DNA of 64,000 bases from Alphaproteobacteria bacterium. Lineage in GTDB: Bacteria > Pseudomonadota > Alphaproteobacteria > Bin95. Both the position numbers and the translations under genes were made by a program. The stretch is taken from positions 160,001 to 224,000 of the forward strand of contig CAXXWS020000003.1 in assembly GCA_963665325.3 (NCBI GenBank), in the 5' to 3' direction. A model generated the notes under the pieces. It had not been told where the DNA came from. It saw only the letters and a program-made list of their open reading frames with translations, and did not search any database. Each line of letters starts with the position of its first letter. Within the stretch, counting starts at the first letter, position 1. This document shows positions 41,418-53,095 of the stretch, piece by piece.

Positions 41418-42632
41418 TCACCCTTGCAAGGCCGCAACCGGGTCGAGGCGAGACGCCTGATAGGCCGGTTGAAACCCGAAGAAGAGCCCGGCCATGGTCG
41501 AAACGCTCACCCCGACGACGATCGACAAGGGAGAAAGGAAAAAGTCCCACTCATAGAATCCGCAAATTACATAGGCCCCGCCGGTGCCTGCCGCGACCCC
41601 GGCGATACCGCCGCCGAGGGTCAAGATTAACGCCTCGATCAGGAATTGGCGCTGGATGTCTCCTCGCCGAGCGCCTAGCGCCCGGCGGATACCGATCTCA
41701 TGACGCCTCTCGGTCACCGAAATGAGCATGATGTTCATCACGCCGATCCCCCCGACAATGAGACTTACGCTGCCAACAGCGCCAAGCAGAAGTGTCATGA
41801 GACTCAGTTGCGATTCCATTTGCTCAAGCAGCTGCTCGGCGCTCACGACCTCAAGCTGGAGGTCCGTGGACCGCTCCGAAAAATACGCCAATATCTGTCG
41901 GGCGGCATCTGTGTAGTGAACGCCTGTTGCCGCGCGGGCGATGATAAGCTCGATCTGCGCTTCCGGATGGATACGCCGCATGGTGGTAATGGGTAGGAAC
42001 GCCGAACGGTTGGCGTCCAGGTGAAAGGGCAGAGCGTACGTCTCCGGCGCCGGTTCCAATACGCCTATAACCGTGTAAAGGCGTTCCCCGATCTCGAGAA
42101 TCTCGTCTACGACGGCGCCGGAGCCGAGCCGGCGCATATCGGCGGCCACATCGCTGCCGACGACGGCGAAGTAGCGGCCGGTATCGAGATCGGATACAAA
42201 TCGCCCCTCGGCCATACGGAGCCTGTTCACACTTGCAAATGCAGCAGATACACCCTGGACCGACCCGCCGCCGACGGTCTTGCCTGCGTGTTGCAAGGAG
42301 CCTCCGGCCTGGATTCTTGGCGCCGCCTCCGAAATAGTCGGCACTGCGTCCGCCAGCCCGAATGCGTCCTCCAGTCCGATGGTAGTACGCCACGATGTGG
42401 GCTCGCCCCTCGAATGTTTCGGCGCCTTGATGGTGACGATGTCGGTGCCGAGGGCTTCGAAGTCTTTGCGCGATTGGGCTTTGGCCACCTCGCCAATCGA
42501 GATCATCGTAATTACGGAAGCGATGCCGATCATGATTCCGAACAGTCCCAGAATCGTACGCAACGGAGCGCCGTAAAGGCTGCGCATCGCCTCGCGAAGG
42601 ATGGTGGAATGAACCGAACGAAAGTTCCGCAT
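41418..42632 (-). CDS. MacB/FtsX-type ABC permease
   Basis: LGLFGIMIGIASVI, periplasmic core, GGIGVMNIMLISVTERRHEIGIRRALGA, QFLIEA, PAYQASRLDPV. Confidence 0.93.
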   Translation of the reverse strand: MRNFRSVHSTILREAMRSLYGAPLRTILGLFGIMIGIASVITMISIGEVAKAQSRKDFEALGTDIVTIKAPKHSRGEPTSWRTTIGLEDAFGLADAVPTISEAAPRIQAGGSLQHAGKTVGGGSVQGVSAAFASVNRLRMAEGRFVSDLDTGRYFAVVGSDVAADMRRLGSGAVVDEILEIGERLYTVIGVLEPAPETYALPFHLDANRSAFLPITTMRRIHPEAQIELIIARAATGVHYTDAARQILAYFSERSTDLQLEVVSAEQLLEQMESQLSLMTLLLGAVGSVSLIVGGIGVMNIMLISVTERRHEIGIRRALGARRGDIQRQFLIEALILTLGGGIAGVAAGTGGAYVICGFYEWDFFLSPLSIVVGVSVSTMAGLFFGFQPAYQASRLDPVAALQG

Positions 42633-42678
42633 CGAATCTTACAGTCTGCCAGTCACCGGCGGAACTCTATGCAGTAAA

Positions 42679-43026
42679 TCACCGGTCATCGCGGTTTCTT
42701 GCCGGATTCCTGGTCGAATCGCCTCGCGCCATTTGCCGATCTAACGAGTGGGGCGGCTGCAATACGAACCCGATATGCGTGTCGTGAAAAGCCGGGAGGT
42801 TCCAACGCTTGGCTAATGTGGCGTCGCGTCTGTTCAAGGGACGCGAAACTGCCGCTAAAGCGCGCGGCGATCCGACGGTGCATGCCGGCCAATGCTCTCC
42901 GTTTCGGGCTCGCGACGCGGTTGGCGCCAATGCTCCCTTTGCCATCTCTGAAACGGCTCCCTTCAGGACGTCAATATTGACCTTCCCCAGCCCCATGGAC
43001 TTCTTCACATTTGACAATCGCTGCAC
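42679..43026 (-). pseudogene. Degenerate ABC ATP-binding protein remnant
   Basis: LSNVKKSMGLGKVNIDVLKG...RDAT...HIGFVLQ aligns with the N-terminus of 36853..37461, but Walker A and the C-terminal half are lost. Confidence 0.65.
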
Positions 43027-43041
43027 CGAGAGGACCTTCGC

Positions 43042-44832
43042 TCAATGGATTGGGACCGCAATTTCCTCGCCGGCTTGCAACCCCGCAAGGATCTCGACCG
43101 AGTGCCGGGTAGTGGGACCCACCTGCACTTCGCGCTCTCCCGACTTGCCCGTCGACGGGTCGATCACACGTACCCATCGGGTATCCGCGCGTACTTCCAC
43201 AGCATCGAGCGGCACCATCAATGCGGCTTCCTTGCTGTAGACCACAATCCGCAGCCGGCACGACATACCGGCCCGTATTTGCTCCTTCTGCGCCTGGTTG
43301 AGCGGATTCAGCGTGACCGCTACCTCGAAACGCGGCGGGCCCCGTAACTGCGTATCCGGTTGCGATGCGACGTGAGTCACCGTCCCGCGCAACTTGAGGT
43401 CGGGGAACGCATTACCGGTCACGGTTACTGCCTGACCGAGCGACAGCCGAGCCACATCGACCTCATCGACCTTCGCGGTTGCCGCCATGCGGCTGAAATC
43501 TCCGATGCTCAACAGCGCCTCACCCTTGGAGACCTTCCTGCCGACCGTCACGCGCGCCATGCCCCGGGGGGAAGGAAGAATCACGCCTGTCAGCGACGCG
43601 ACGATGCGGTCCTGATCCGGGCCCTCGGCCAGTTGCCGCATTTCCTGCTCCGCGGTCTTCAGCTCCAGCGCCGCTTTCTCCAGCGCCTTCTCTCCTCCTC
43701 TAGCCCGCGCAGTATTGAGTTCCTCGCGCGCCGATTCGAAGTCCAGGACCTGGCTCCGATACTGGCGCTCGGCCTCTTCATGTTCGGACGCGGGAATGAG
43801 ACCTTGCTCCAGCAGAAACGCAACCCGTTTCAATCGGGTCTCCTGGCTTTCAAGGGCCATCTTCGCTCGCGCGAAAGCCCGCCGCGCTTGCGCCATCTCG
43901 GGACTGTTCTCCCAGTCGCTGACGGTCTCGAAGGAATTTAACGCATCGATGTATTGCACCTGCGCATCGCGGTGCATTCGAGCCGCCTCAAACGTATCCA
44001 ACTCCATCAGAAGGTCGCCACGCTCGACTCTTTGACCGTATTGGAAGTGCCTGGCCAAGACACGGCCTTCAGTGGAACTGGTTATGGTGATCGTCCTCCA
44101 CGGCGCGAGCCTCCCCGACAACAAGATCGTCTCGCGCACGGGCTCGGCGGACACCGTCATGGTCTGAAGGCCATCGCCGGTATCGGCACCCGCTTCAGCG
44201 ATCGCGACGTCTCCCGACAAGCCGGAGAACATCGATCCGCCCAGGACGTCGAACGGCCGCCAGACATATACGCCTGCGCCGAGAAACACCCCGATCACCA
44301 GCACCGTTGCCGCGATCCGCGCCATCTGAACTTTCTTGAGCGTCTGAGCCAGGGTCTCGTTGCGTTCTTCGATTTGCCGATAGGCCCTCTGCAACTCGTC
44401 ATGTTGCGCCTCGGCCGCCTTCGCCATCCGCAGCTCGGTTTCCCGCAGTTCCTTTAGCTCAGTTATGTCGCTGAATACTGCAATCAACGCCACGGGCAAG
44501 GCTTCGCCGTCGGCGCGTTGCACCCTGATGTACGACGTCCCCACCGACAACAAGCGCGTGTCGCCGCCGACATCGACAGTGACCACCTGCCGGGCATCGT
44601 CGCCCTCGCCGGTGACAGCATCCAAGACCACTTCGCTGAGCTCCGCCAATCCCTCGCGAGCAACGAAATACTCTGCAAAGCTGCCTCCCGTTACCTCGTC
44701 GGGTGAGAGACCGAGGATACGCCCCGCAGCCTTATTGAAGGCCGAAACGATGCCGCCGTGCTCGACCACCAACACTCCGTCGAGCAAATTCTCCAGTACG
44801 CTGCCTTGGATATCGGTTTGTCCGGCTGTCAT
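43042..44832 (-). CDS. Periplasmic adaptor (membrane fusion protein) with N-terminal PAS domain
   Basis: PAS (VLENLLDGVLVV...FNKAAGRILG...VFSDITE), coiled coil, one TM, then GQRVERGDLL, IVASLTGVI, VDEVDV..L.LGQ.V, AGMS, VPLDAV, GLQAGE MFP motifs. Confidence 0.87.
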   Translation of the reverse strand: MTAGQTDIQGSVLENLLDGVLVVEHGGIVSAFNKAAGRILGLSPDEVTGGSFAEYFVAREGLAELSEVVLDAVTGEGDDARQVVTVDVGGDTRLLSVGTSYIRVQRADGEALPVALIAVFSDITELKELRETELRMAKAAEAQHDELQRAYRQIEERNETLAQTLKKVQMARIAATVLVIGVFLGAGVYVWRPFDVLGGSMFSGLSGDVAIAEAGADTGDGLQTMTVSAEPVRETILLSGRLAPWRTITITSSTEGRVLARHFQYGQRVERGDLLMELDTFEAARMHRDAQVQYIDALNSFETVSDWENSPEMAQARRAFARAKMALESQETRLKRVAFLLEQGLIPASEHEEAERQYRSQVLDFESAREELNTARARGGEKALEKAALELKTAEQEMRQLAEGPDQDRIVASLTGVILPSPRGMARVTVGRKVSKGEALLSIGDFSRMAATAKVDEVDVARLSLGQAVTVTGNAFPDLKLRGTVTHVASQPDTQLRGPPRFEVAVTLNPLNQAQKEQIRAGMSCRLRIVVYSKEAALMVPLDAVEVRADTRWVRVIDPSTGKSGEREVQVGPTTRHSVEILAGLQAGEEIAVPIH

Positions 44833-45442
44833 CGGTAATCTATTCGACCGTGGCGTTACAGATCATGACCGGTGTGGCGAGCCTCCGGTGCGGCAAGGTC
44901 GGGCCCGATCCTGGATGCCGGCGGAACTGCGCCGCGCGGCGACACGATCGAATTGCGAAGACAGCCGAGTACGGACCCTCCGGCGACAACGCTTGAAAAC
45001 CGCGCAAGAACCTTACGTCTGCCCAAAATCTATCGGTCCGCGGCGCCGACCGGATCGGGTCATCCAACACGAGCGTGCACTCCCACTCCGCCTTCGCGCT
45101 GCCCGCCGGGACGCATGCCGATGTTCATGGGGTCGCAGCCGGCACGACACGAACATGGTCCTGCGAACTTGCGTGCCGGGTTCTTGCCGCGTAGCAACGC
45201 CGGTGCCTGTCGGTCACGTACCCGCGTTGAGCTGACGCAGCGCTGTTCAATTGCCGGTGCGACACCACGCGGGCCCCTTCATTGTCCTCGAACGCACCGA
45301 CGCCCGCCAGGTACGACGGAACTCTGGGCGGCGACGCGGAGAAGATGGCTGCACAACGGACCTTGACGATCGTTCGCGCGTCGGTAGCGCCCGTATTCTC
45401 GCTGTTATGTGGGCTTCGAAGCTGACCGAGATTCAACCTACA

Positions 45443-45471
45443 TTGAGCATATTTTATTACGATTGTATAGT
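45443..45471 (+). promoter_or_regulatory. Sigma70-like promoter TTGAGC-N17-TATAGT with no downstream + strand gene
   Basis: Near-consensus boxes and 17-bp spacer in an AT-rich patch. Confidence 0.4.
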
Positions 45472-45496
45472 GATTTGCCCGATCACGTGTGAGGAC

Positions 45497-45553
45497 TGTT
45501 AACGGCGGAGCAAAATTGTACCGACGGCGCAAAATTGTACCGGCGGCGCAAAA
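45497..45553 (+). mobile_element. Orphan IS21-type terminal repeat
   Basis: TGTTAACGGCGGAG followed by two CAAAATTGTACCG direct repeats (45511, 45530). Confidence 0.62.
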
Positions 45554-48500
45554 GAGAGTGTATCACGGGCTTGATGGCGGAAGCCGGCGTCGCAACCGGC
45601 GAGGACGACTCTGCCGCCAAGCCCGGTTCTGCACCGGTCACCGGCTGCGCCCGGCGCCCGCCCGCGTCCCGCGCCTACCAGCGCAGCGCGCCGCGCAGCA
45701 TCACGCCGTGCTCGGCCTTGCCGGCTCCGTTGTCATTGGCTGCCTCGTGGCGGGTGGCCTCGACGCCCAGCGAGAACGAACGCAGCCGCTCCGATGAGAA
45801 CCGCCAGCCGAGGCGCCAGTCACGCGCCCCGGCATCGCCGAACCCGAAGCCCGCATAGGGCGTGCCGGTCAGGCCGTCCGACAGGGACAGACCATAGCCG
45901 AGTTCCGTGTCGAGGCGTACGCCCGGCTGCTCCCTGTCGCCGTCCCCGGCCAACCCGCCGGGCGCCGCATCCCACAGCCGCCCGGCCTGGTCCCGGGCGC
46001 CCCATGACGGCGTCATCGACAGCGACAGCCCGCGGCCCGACGCACCCGGAACCATCCGCAGCGAACCGCTCGCTCCCCATTCGTCGTAGCCGCCCGCCTC
46101 ATGCGCCGCCAGGCCGTAGAGGCGAAGGTCCGAGGTCAGACCGGCTGCCGGCGCGGACCATGTGAGCCCGGCGCCCACCTCCACGCCCGAACCCGTCTCC
46201 GCATCGCCGCCGTCATGGCGCAACCCGAGCGACAGCGACGGCGCCAGCGCCCCGCCGTCCGCCAGCGCGAACGCCCGCGACCCTTCCAATACGGCCCGCA
46301 CGCGGCTTGCATCGCCCGTCGCAGCCCCGAGATTGCCGACACCGGGCGTCGATACCCGCGCCGACACGCTCCGCACGAAGAACGCATCCGTCTTCAGCGC
46401 CAGCGCAAGCCCGCCATCGGCCCCGGGACGCAGCAGCTCTGCGCGCCCGCCCGCGGCCGCAAGCTGCACGGCGATGTCCGCCGTCTGCCATCCGTCGCCC
46501 CGCGAGAGCGACATGGAGCCGCTCCCCGAACCGACCACGCTCCAGAACGACAGCCGCTCGCCCGCCTGCACGTGCATATAGGGCGTAACCATCGAGAGCG
46601 CGCCCTCGATGTCGTATTGCAGACCCGTTTGATCGAACGCCGCGCTACCCTTCTCGACGCTCCGCGACAGCGCCACTCCGACCAGAAGCCTGTCCCGCTC
46701 CCAGTCCATGCCGAGCACGCCGGTCGCCGTCTCGCTCGTAAACGACAGCCCGCCGCCAGACGAACTGCTCGACCCGCCCGACAGCACCTTGCCCCAGCCG
46801 GTCATCGCGCCCCCCAGGCCCGACGCCTCGCCGGTCGTGAAGTGGAACGAACTCCCGAGCAGAAGATCGCGCCCCGTAACCGGCTGCGCCGGCGCCAAGG
46901 CGACGGCCTCGTTCCAGGATCCGCCGATCCCGTGCCGCGCGAACCGGTCGTCGTCGTTCGCCACCGGCGCACCCGGCGCGCCCGGCGCGCCGAACGTCCG
47001 CGCAAGCCCCGTCATCGTCTCCGCCAGCGCCTTGTCGTCGCCGATCCGCGAGAGGTCCATGCTCTGGCCCGCCACCGTCATCGTCATGCGCGGCGAGGCG
47101 TCCGACCCGATGGCGAAGCGCCCCTCCAGAGCCTGGATTGTCTGGAGGGCCACCGTGCGCCCGAAGCGCGAGAGCCACATCTTCTGGAGCGGATCCGAGT
47201 TCGTGATGGTCCCTGTGGCCGTGGCGTCGGAGAGCCACGCCCCCGACGGGTTCGACAGCGTCAGCGTCAGCGTCTCGCCGTCGTCGTCATGGGCGTCGTC
47301 GAGCACCGGCACCGACACCGTCTTCGACGTCTCGCCAGCCGCGAAGCTGAGCGTGCCCGACGCCGCCGTGTAGTCGTCGCCCGCTACCGCCGTCACGTCC
47401 GACGTGGCGTAGTCCACCGTCACCGTGCCCGACGCCGCGCGCGACAGCTCGACCGTAAAGGCCAGCGACGCGTTCAGGCCCTCGTCCGCCTCCGCGTCCT
47501 GAACCGCAAGCGAAGGTGGGCCCTGGATCGTGGCCGTCACCGGCCCCGTGAGCGAACGTCCGCCGCTCGCGCACACCGCGCCCGGCTGGCCGCAGGCCGG
47601 CAGCGGCGTCGCCAACGCCAGCGTCACCGCTGCGTTGCCCGACGGCTCGATCGTCAGCTCGAAACCCTGCTCCGAGCCCTGCTCGGTGCGCTTCGCGCGC
47701 TCGATCCTGCCGCCGCTCACCGTGAACAGGCTGTCGCGCACTGTCCGGAAGCCCACCCTCTCCGGCTCCTCGCTGAACGCGAGCTTCAGCGTGAACGTGC
47801 CCGACCCGTCATGCTCGGTCGGCACGTTCTCGAACGACGCCGTGAGCGGCGTCACCGTCGGACCCGCGATCTCCGCGCTCGCCGCGGCCGACAGCTTGAG
47901 TCCCCCGGCCGCGCAGATGGCACCGGTCCCATTGCACGCGCCGGTGGTCGCCGGCAGGTGCACCGTCACCGGACCGGACCCGGAGGGCTCTACGCGGATC
48001 TCCCACAGATCGCTCCGACCGTCCACACGCCTCGCGCCAGTCACCGCCCCGCCGGTCACAGAGAACGCCTCGTCGCGCAGCACTCGGAAGCCGGTCACGA
48101 TCGCCTCGCTGAATTGCAGGCGCAGCGTGATGGTGCTGCCGGCCCCGGAATGGGCATTGGGAACGACCGGCCAGCTCGCCGTCAATGGCCCCTCCGCAGC
48201 CGGCCGGGTGACCTTCGTGACGCCGGGATGGTCAAGCGCCACCGTGGGTCCGTTGAGGCTGCGGATTTCGCCGCCGTTCGTGGAAAGACTGTCGGCCACC
48301 AGGGCGACCTTGCGAAGCGGACTCTGCGCCGTCGTCACCACGTGCTCGAGCACCAGCCGGTACGCGCCCGAAACCCCGGAAAACGACGCTCTCGCCTCGG
48401 TCTCCCGATCGCCGAGCTTCAGCGTGACACCTGGAATGCCGTTGGTTGTCGTCACCGTGATTCGTTCATCGAACTCGAGTGTCACGCGGATACGCTCTCC

Positions 48501-51500
48501 GGTCGTCCACTCGCCGTTGCCGTCGTCGTCATCCAGGACTTGTGCAGTAGTCACTCTGGATCGGACTTCGACCTCCGGGCTGGAGCTGTCGCAATCGGTG
48601 GCGTCGGATGTATCGCGCCGGAATTCGGCGGACGCCAGATTGCCCGCCGCGGTGACGGCATGGGTCACCGCGGCGGCCGGGACACTCACCGTCACGGGCT
48701 GGCCCCACGTGGTGGGCGTGACCCGCACCCGGTAGCCCAGCATACGGTCGTACGGTCGATCGACGAGGTATGCCGTGGCATTGGCGAGGATGACGTCGTC
48801 GCCCGGATCGAATCCCTGCACGGGCTCGTAATGAAGGATTCCGTCGCGCCTCGTCGTGAAGCCGATGGTGACAAAGAAGGAACCCTGTTCGTCCGCGGTC
48901 GTCGCCGGATCGTCGAAGTCGCGGCAAACCGGGTCCGGCACCGGCGTGTCGCCGGACAATCCGCTGTCTCCCGCGCGCACCACTGTCCGGTGCGGCCTGG
49001 ACAGATCGACCGACACAGCGTAGGCGTCGTTCGAGACGACCCAGCTACCGCCGTTGCGTGCGCGCATTCGCAGGGCATAGCGCTGATTCCCGATCACCGA
49101 CAGGACGCGGTAGCCGAGGCCGTCCACGCATTCGACATCGGAAGAGCCGGTCCCCATGGGCTGCCAATGCGTGCTGTCCCAATCGATCGGGCTCGAGGGA
49201 TCGACGGCGATCATCTTCATCCCGATATCGCGCAACGCGCTCGCCTGCACACCGTCGGGCTTCCAGCAAACGTCGATCGCCGTACCGCCCTGCGCTGTGT
49301 CCCGAGGGGACAGCCCGATTGCGGTCAGCCCCGTCGCTTCGGTCGTGACTTCGGCTGCCACCGCAGCCGACGGCGGGCTCGCGCCGTTCGCTCCGATGGC
49401 CGACACGCGGTAGTGACGCGTCTCGCCGGTGTTCAGGCCCGAACGATGCACGTAGACGGTGTCGGCGCTGCCGGTATCGCCTTCCACCTCGGCCCATACG
49501 GCACCTCCGTCGTAGGATGCTTCGATCCTGTAGCCCAGAACGGCACCCGGCGGCGCCGTCCAGCGCAGCGTGACCCGCCCCGCGGTCGCCGCGACGCTGT
49601 CGATGACGACTCGACCCGGATTTGGCGACGCCGGCTCGTCGTCCAGGACCGTCACCGACAGGTCCATTCTCTCCGAGCCGTAGCCCCCGCCCGAGGCGAC
49701 GTGCGTCAGCGCCGCGGTGTCGTTCGTCGAATCGGCATCATGGCCCGCCGTCACCTCCACCGTCTGCGCTTCATCCCAGTTCGACGGGGTGAAGGTCAGG
49801 TTCGTCCTGTCGAGCTCCAGCTCCGTCGCCGCCGTCCCCGCGATCGTCACCGTCACCATCGCCGTCGGCTCCGACCTCAGCGCCACCGTGTAGCTTCGGC
49901 TCTCGCCCTCATCGACCGCCAGCGACGACGAGCCGATCGCCAGACCCCGCTCGTCGTCGTCCACGATCGTCAGCGTCGTCCCCATGACCGTCAGCCCCAC
50001 CGTCGCCGTCATTCCCGACATCGTCAGCATCTCGTCGGCCTCGGCCACGTCGTCGGGCGTCGGTGTCAGCGTGAATGTTGCCGTTCCCGAGGTCTGTCCG
50101 GCTGGAATGGTGAGCGTCAGATCGTTCACCGTCGCGTAGTCCGTTCCCTCCGCCGCGGCGTCACCGCTCGCGCCTACCGAGACCGTCAACACCGTGTCCG
50201 TTGCGTGGGAGGAATTGTTCAGGGTTCCCGTCACGGTCACGGTGGTCGCGGCTGCGTCCTCGGCCACAACCGACGGGGTCGTCGACAGGCTCACCGTCGT
50301 CGAGACGATCTCGTCGTCGTTCACGGTCACCGGGACGTCGTCCGCCTCCACCGAGGCATAGTCCGCGCCCGAGACCGCGTGCGTCACGGTCGCCGTGTCA
50401 TTCTCCGGATCATCGTCTTGGGCCGCCGACACCGTCACCGTCTTTACGTCGTTCCAGTCGTCGGTCGTGAAGGTCAACGTCGCGGGCGACACCGTGACGT
50501 CCACGTTGTCGCTCACCGCCGGCGTCACCGTCACCGTCCCGGTGGGCCGGGTGCCGAGCCTGATGTGGTAACGACCCGAATCTCCTTCGTCGATCGCGAG
50601 CGAATCGGCGCCAATCAGCACTCTCGCGTCATCCGGGGGCGTCAGGCTTCCGTCCACCTTGTGGTCGGACACATTCCTCAGCGACCCGTGAGCGAGTGAA
50701 GCGTTCGTGCCATCAGCATCGCGAATGGTCCCTCGGCGGAGCTTGAGAGAATTGACATTGATGGTGATGCCGTCGTCGTCCGCGTCGCCGCTCTGTACCG
50801 TGTAGCGGAACACCAGTGTGTCGGTTCCGCTGCCGTCGGCGTAGTCTAGGAACGGCTTGGAGACCGATCCCGAGCCCGTCGACCGAAGCGAAAACCTCAA
50901 CCGGGGCGTGCCGCCGCCAGTGTCCACGTAGACCGCCTTGCTGAACCGGACGCTCGCCTCGATCGTCTCACCCGCCCCGTAGGTGCCGACCCCCGCGGCA
51001 GGTATCGAGGACGGGGAGACCCCGCCCGCGACGATGACCGGCCGCGCGGCATTGATCGCATGGCCGGCCTGCGAAGAAAGCGCCACAGTGGAGTACGACT
51101 CGCGATCGACCTCGGCCGCGATGGCGTCGTTTACTTCCCTTCGCGTGATCATCCCGCCGTTCAGCGACAAGGCCGAGGAGGTCGCCATGGGCCCAAGGGG
51201 GGCATAGTCGCCGGTGGTCACCGCGTAGTCGAAAAGCGCGGTCCTGTCGCCTGACATGCCGCTGTAGGTGGCATTCGCGGTCAGGCCCGCGTGCAGGTAG
51301 AAGCGAAACGTCGGCATGCCGCCATCGGTCACGAACCGAACGTCCCGGTCGAAGGTCACCGCGAAGCGAATCGTCTCGCCCGTGGCGTAGCTGCGGCCGC
51401 TCGTCGGGGTCGAAGCGACACTCGTGCCGGCCACGAGCGGCGCGACATGCACCTTGTGCGCCGACCTGTTCGTCAAGGCGTCATGCGACAATTCCGCATT

Positions 51501-53095
51501 CTTGCCGTTCGATGTGCCCGTGATCGACCCGGCATTCAGCGCCAGGCTGCTTGCCACGACGCCGACCCCGTCATGATCGTAGTCACCCGCCCCGACCTCG
51601 TAGGAGAACACCAGGTCCGTCGTCGTGCTCTCGGAGGCGACGTAGCTCGCTTTCCTGGTCTCGTTAAGCTGGAGTTCGATTTGCGGCGTGCCGGCGACCG
51701 TGACGGCCCTCGAGAATCTCAGTCGGATCTTGATGTCGTCTCCGGCCACATACTCGCTGTCTGCGCCGGCCTGCGAGATGATGGCAACCCCGTCCGCAAC
51801 GATTTTCGGCGGCGTGTCGGGATCCACCGCCGCCTCCACCGTCACCGTGTAGGGCGCACTCGCCGCGGCGTTCCAGTCCGCCGACGCCGCCGCCGACGCC
51901 GTCACCGGGCACGACCCCACCCCCACCAGCGTCAGCACCCCGGTCGACGCCGCCACCGAGCACACCCCCGACGCCGAGGCCGGCACCGAGTAGCTCACCA
52001 CCGTCTCGGCACCGCTCGGCGCCGTCACCGTCGGCGCGCTCGCGCCCAACGTCACCGTCGACGCGCTGTAGGCGAACCCCGACAGGTCCTGCTCCCCCTT
52101 CGCCACCGCCGGGAACGTGATGTCCACCGCCGCCGGGTTGCCCGCCGCGTCGAGCACCGTCACCACCGCCTCCGACGCGGACGCGGACGCCGCCGTCGGC
52201 GTGCCCGACACCACCCCCGTCGACGCCGCGATGGCCAGCCCCGCCGGCAACCCCGACGCCTCATACCCGGCGATGTCCGCACCGTCCGTCGGGCTCAGCG
52301 CCGCCATCGCCTCGCCCACCTGCAGCGCCGCCGGCGCCACATATGTCGGCGCCGTCGGACCGCTCAGGTCCACAACCACCGTGCGCGTCACATCCGCCGA
52401 CGTGTACCCCGACTTCTGCGCCGACACCGTCACCGTCACGCTCGCGCCCGTCACATAGGACGCGTCCGCCGGCACCCGCACCGACCACCGCGCCGCACCC
52501 GACACATCCGCCGACGTCGCCGTCAGCGTCGTCCCGCCAATCTCAACCTCCACGCCCGCACCCGTCACCGTGCCCGTGCCGCCCGAAATCGCGAACCCAG
52601 ACGCCTTCTCCGCGATGTTCACCGTGTCGTCGCCCGCCACCTTGTCGACCGTCAGCTCCAGCGACGGCGGCGTCTCGTCGTCGGCGAGCCCGAGCGTCGT
52701 CCCGGTCACCGTGAGATCGTCCTCGCGGCCCGACACCGCGATCGTCTCGGCCCCCTCGTAGACAGCGTCGTCGGTCGGCGTCAGCGTGAACGTCGCCTCG
52801 CCCGTCGGCGCGCCGGCGGCGATGAGTGTGCTCTCGGTATCTGATGGCGGGATGGTCACGTTGTTCGATGGTTTTCAGGCGTCGGGCCGGGCGTGACGGC
52901 GGGGGTGTCGGACGGCCGTCGGCGCGTCAAGCCGCTTCGCGGCTCCTGCGCTGCGCTCCGGCCCTTCGGGTGACCCGCCGCCGTCCCTCCGACGGAGTGC
53001 ATCCATGGCCGTAAGCAAGCTTCCGGCCACGGGCCGGCCGCTTTACGCAGTGTGACAATGGGAGCGGTGTTACCCGTTACCGTTACCCTCTCTCC

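Noticed and set aside
45497-45553. Short direct repeats as a CRISPR array
   Set aside because: Only two 13-bp copies with a 6-bp spacer after a TGT terminus, which fits an IS21-type end; no cas genes
46101-50699. 1,532-aa + strand ORF
   Set aside because: Antisense shadow of the adhesin C-terminal half
45675-52859. Treating the 2,394-aa ORF as an independent gene
   Set aside because: Its GTG start lies within the transposon end, it lacks a signal peptide and it joins the upstream half in frame
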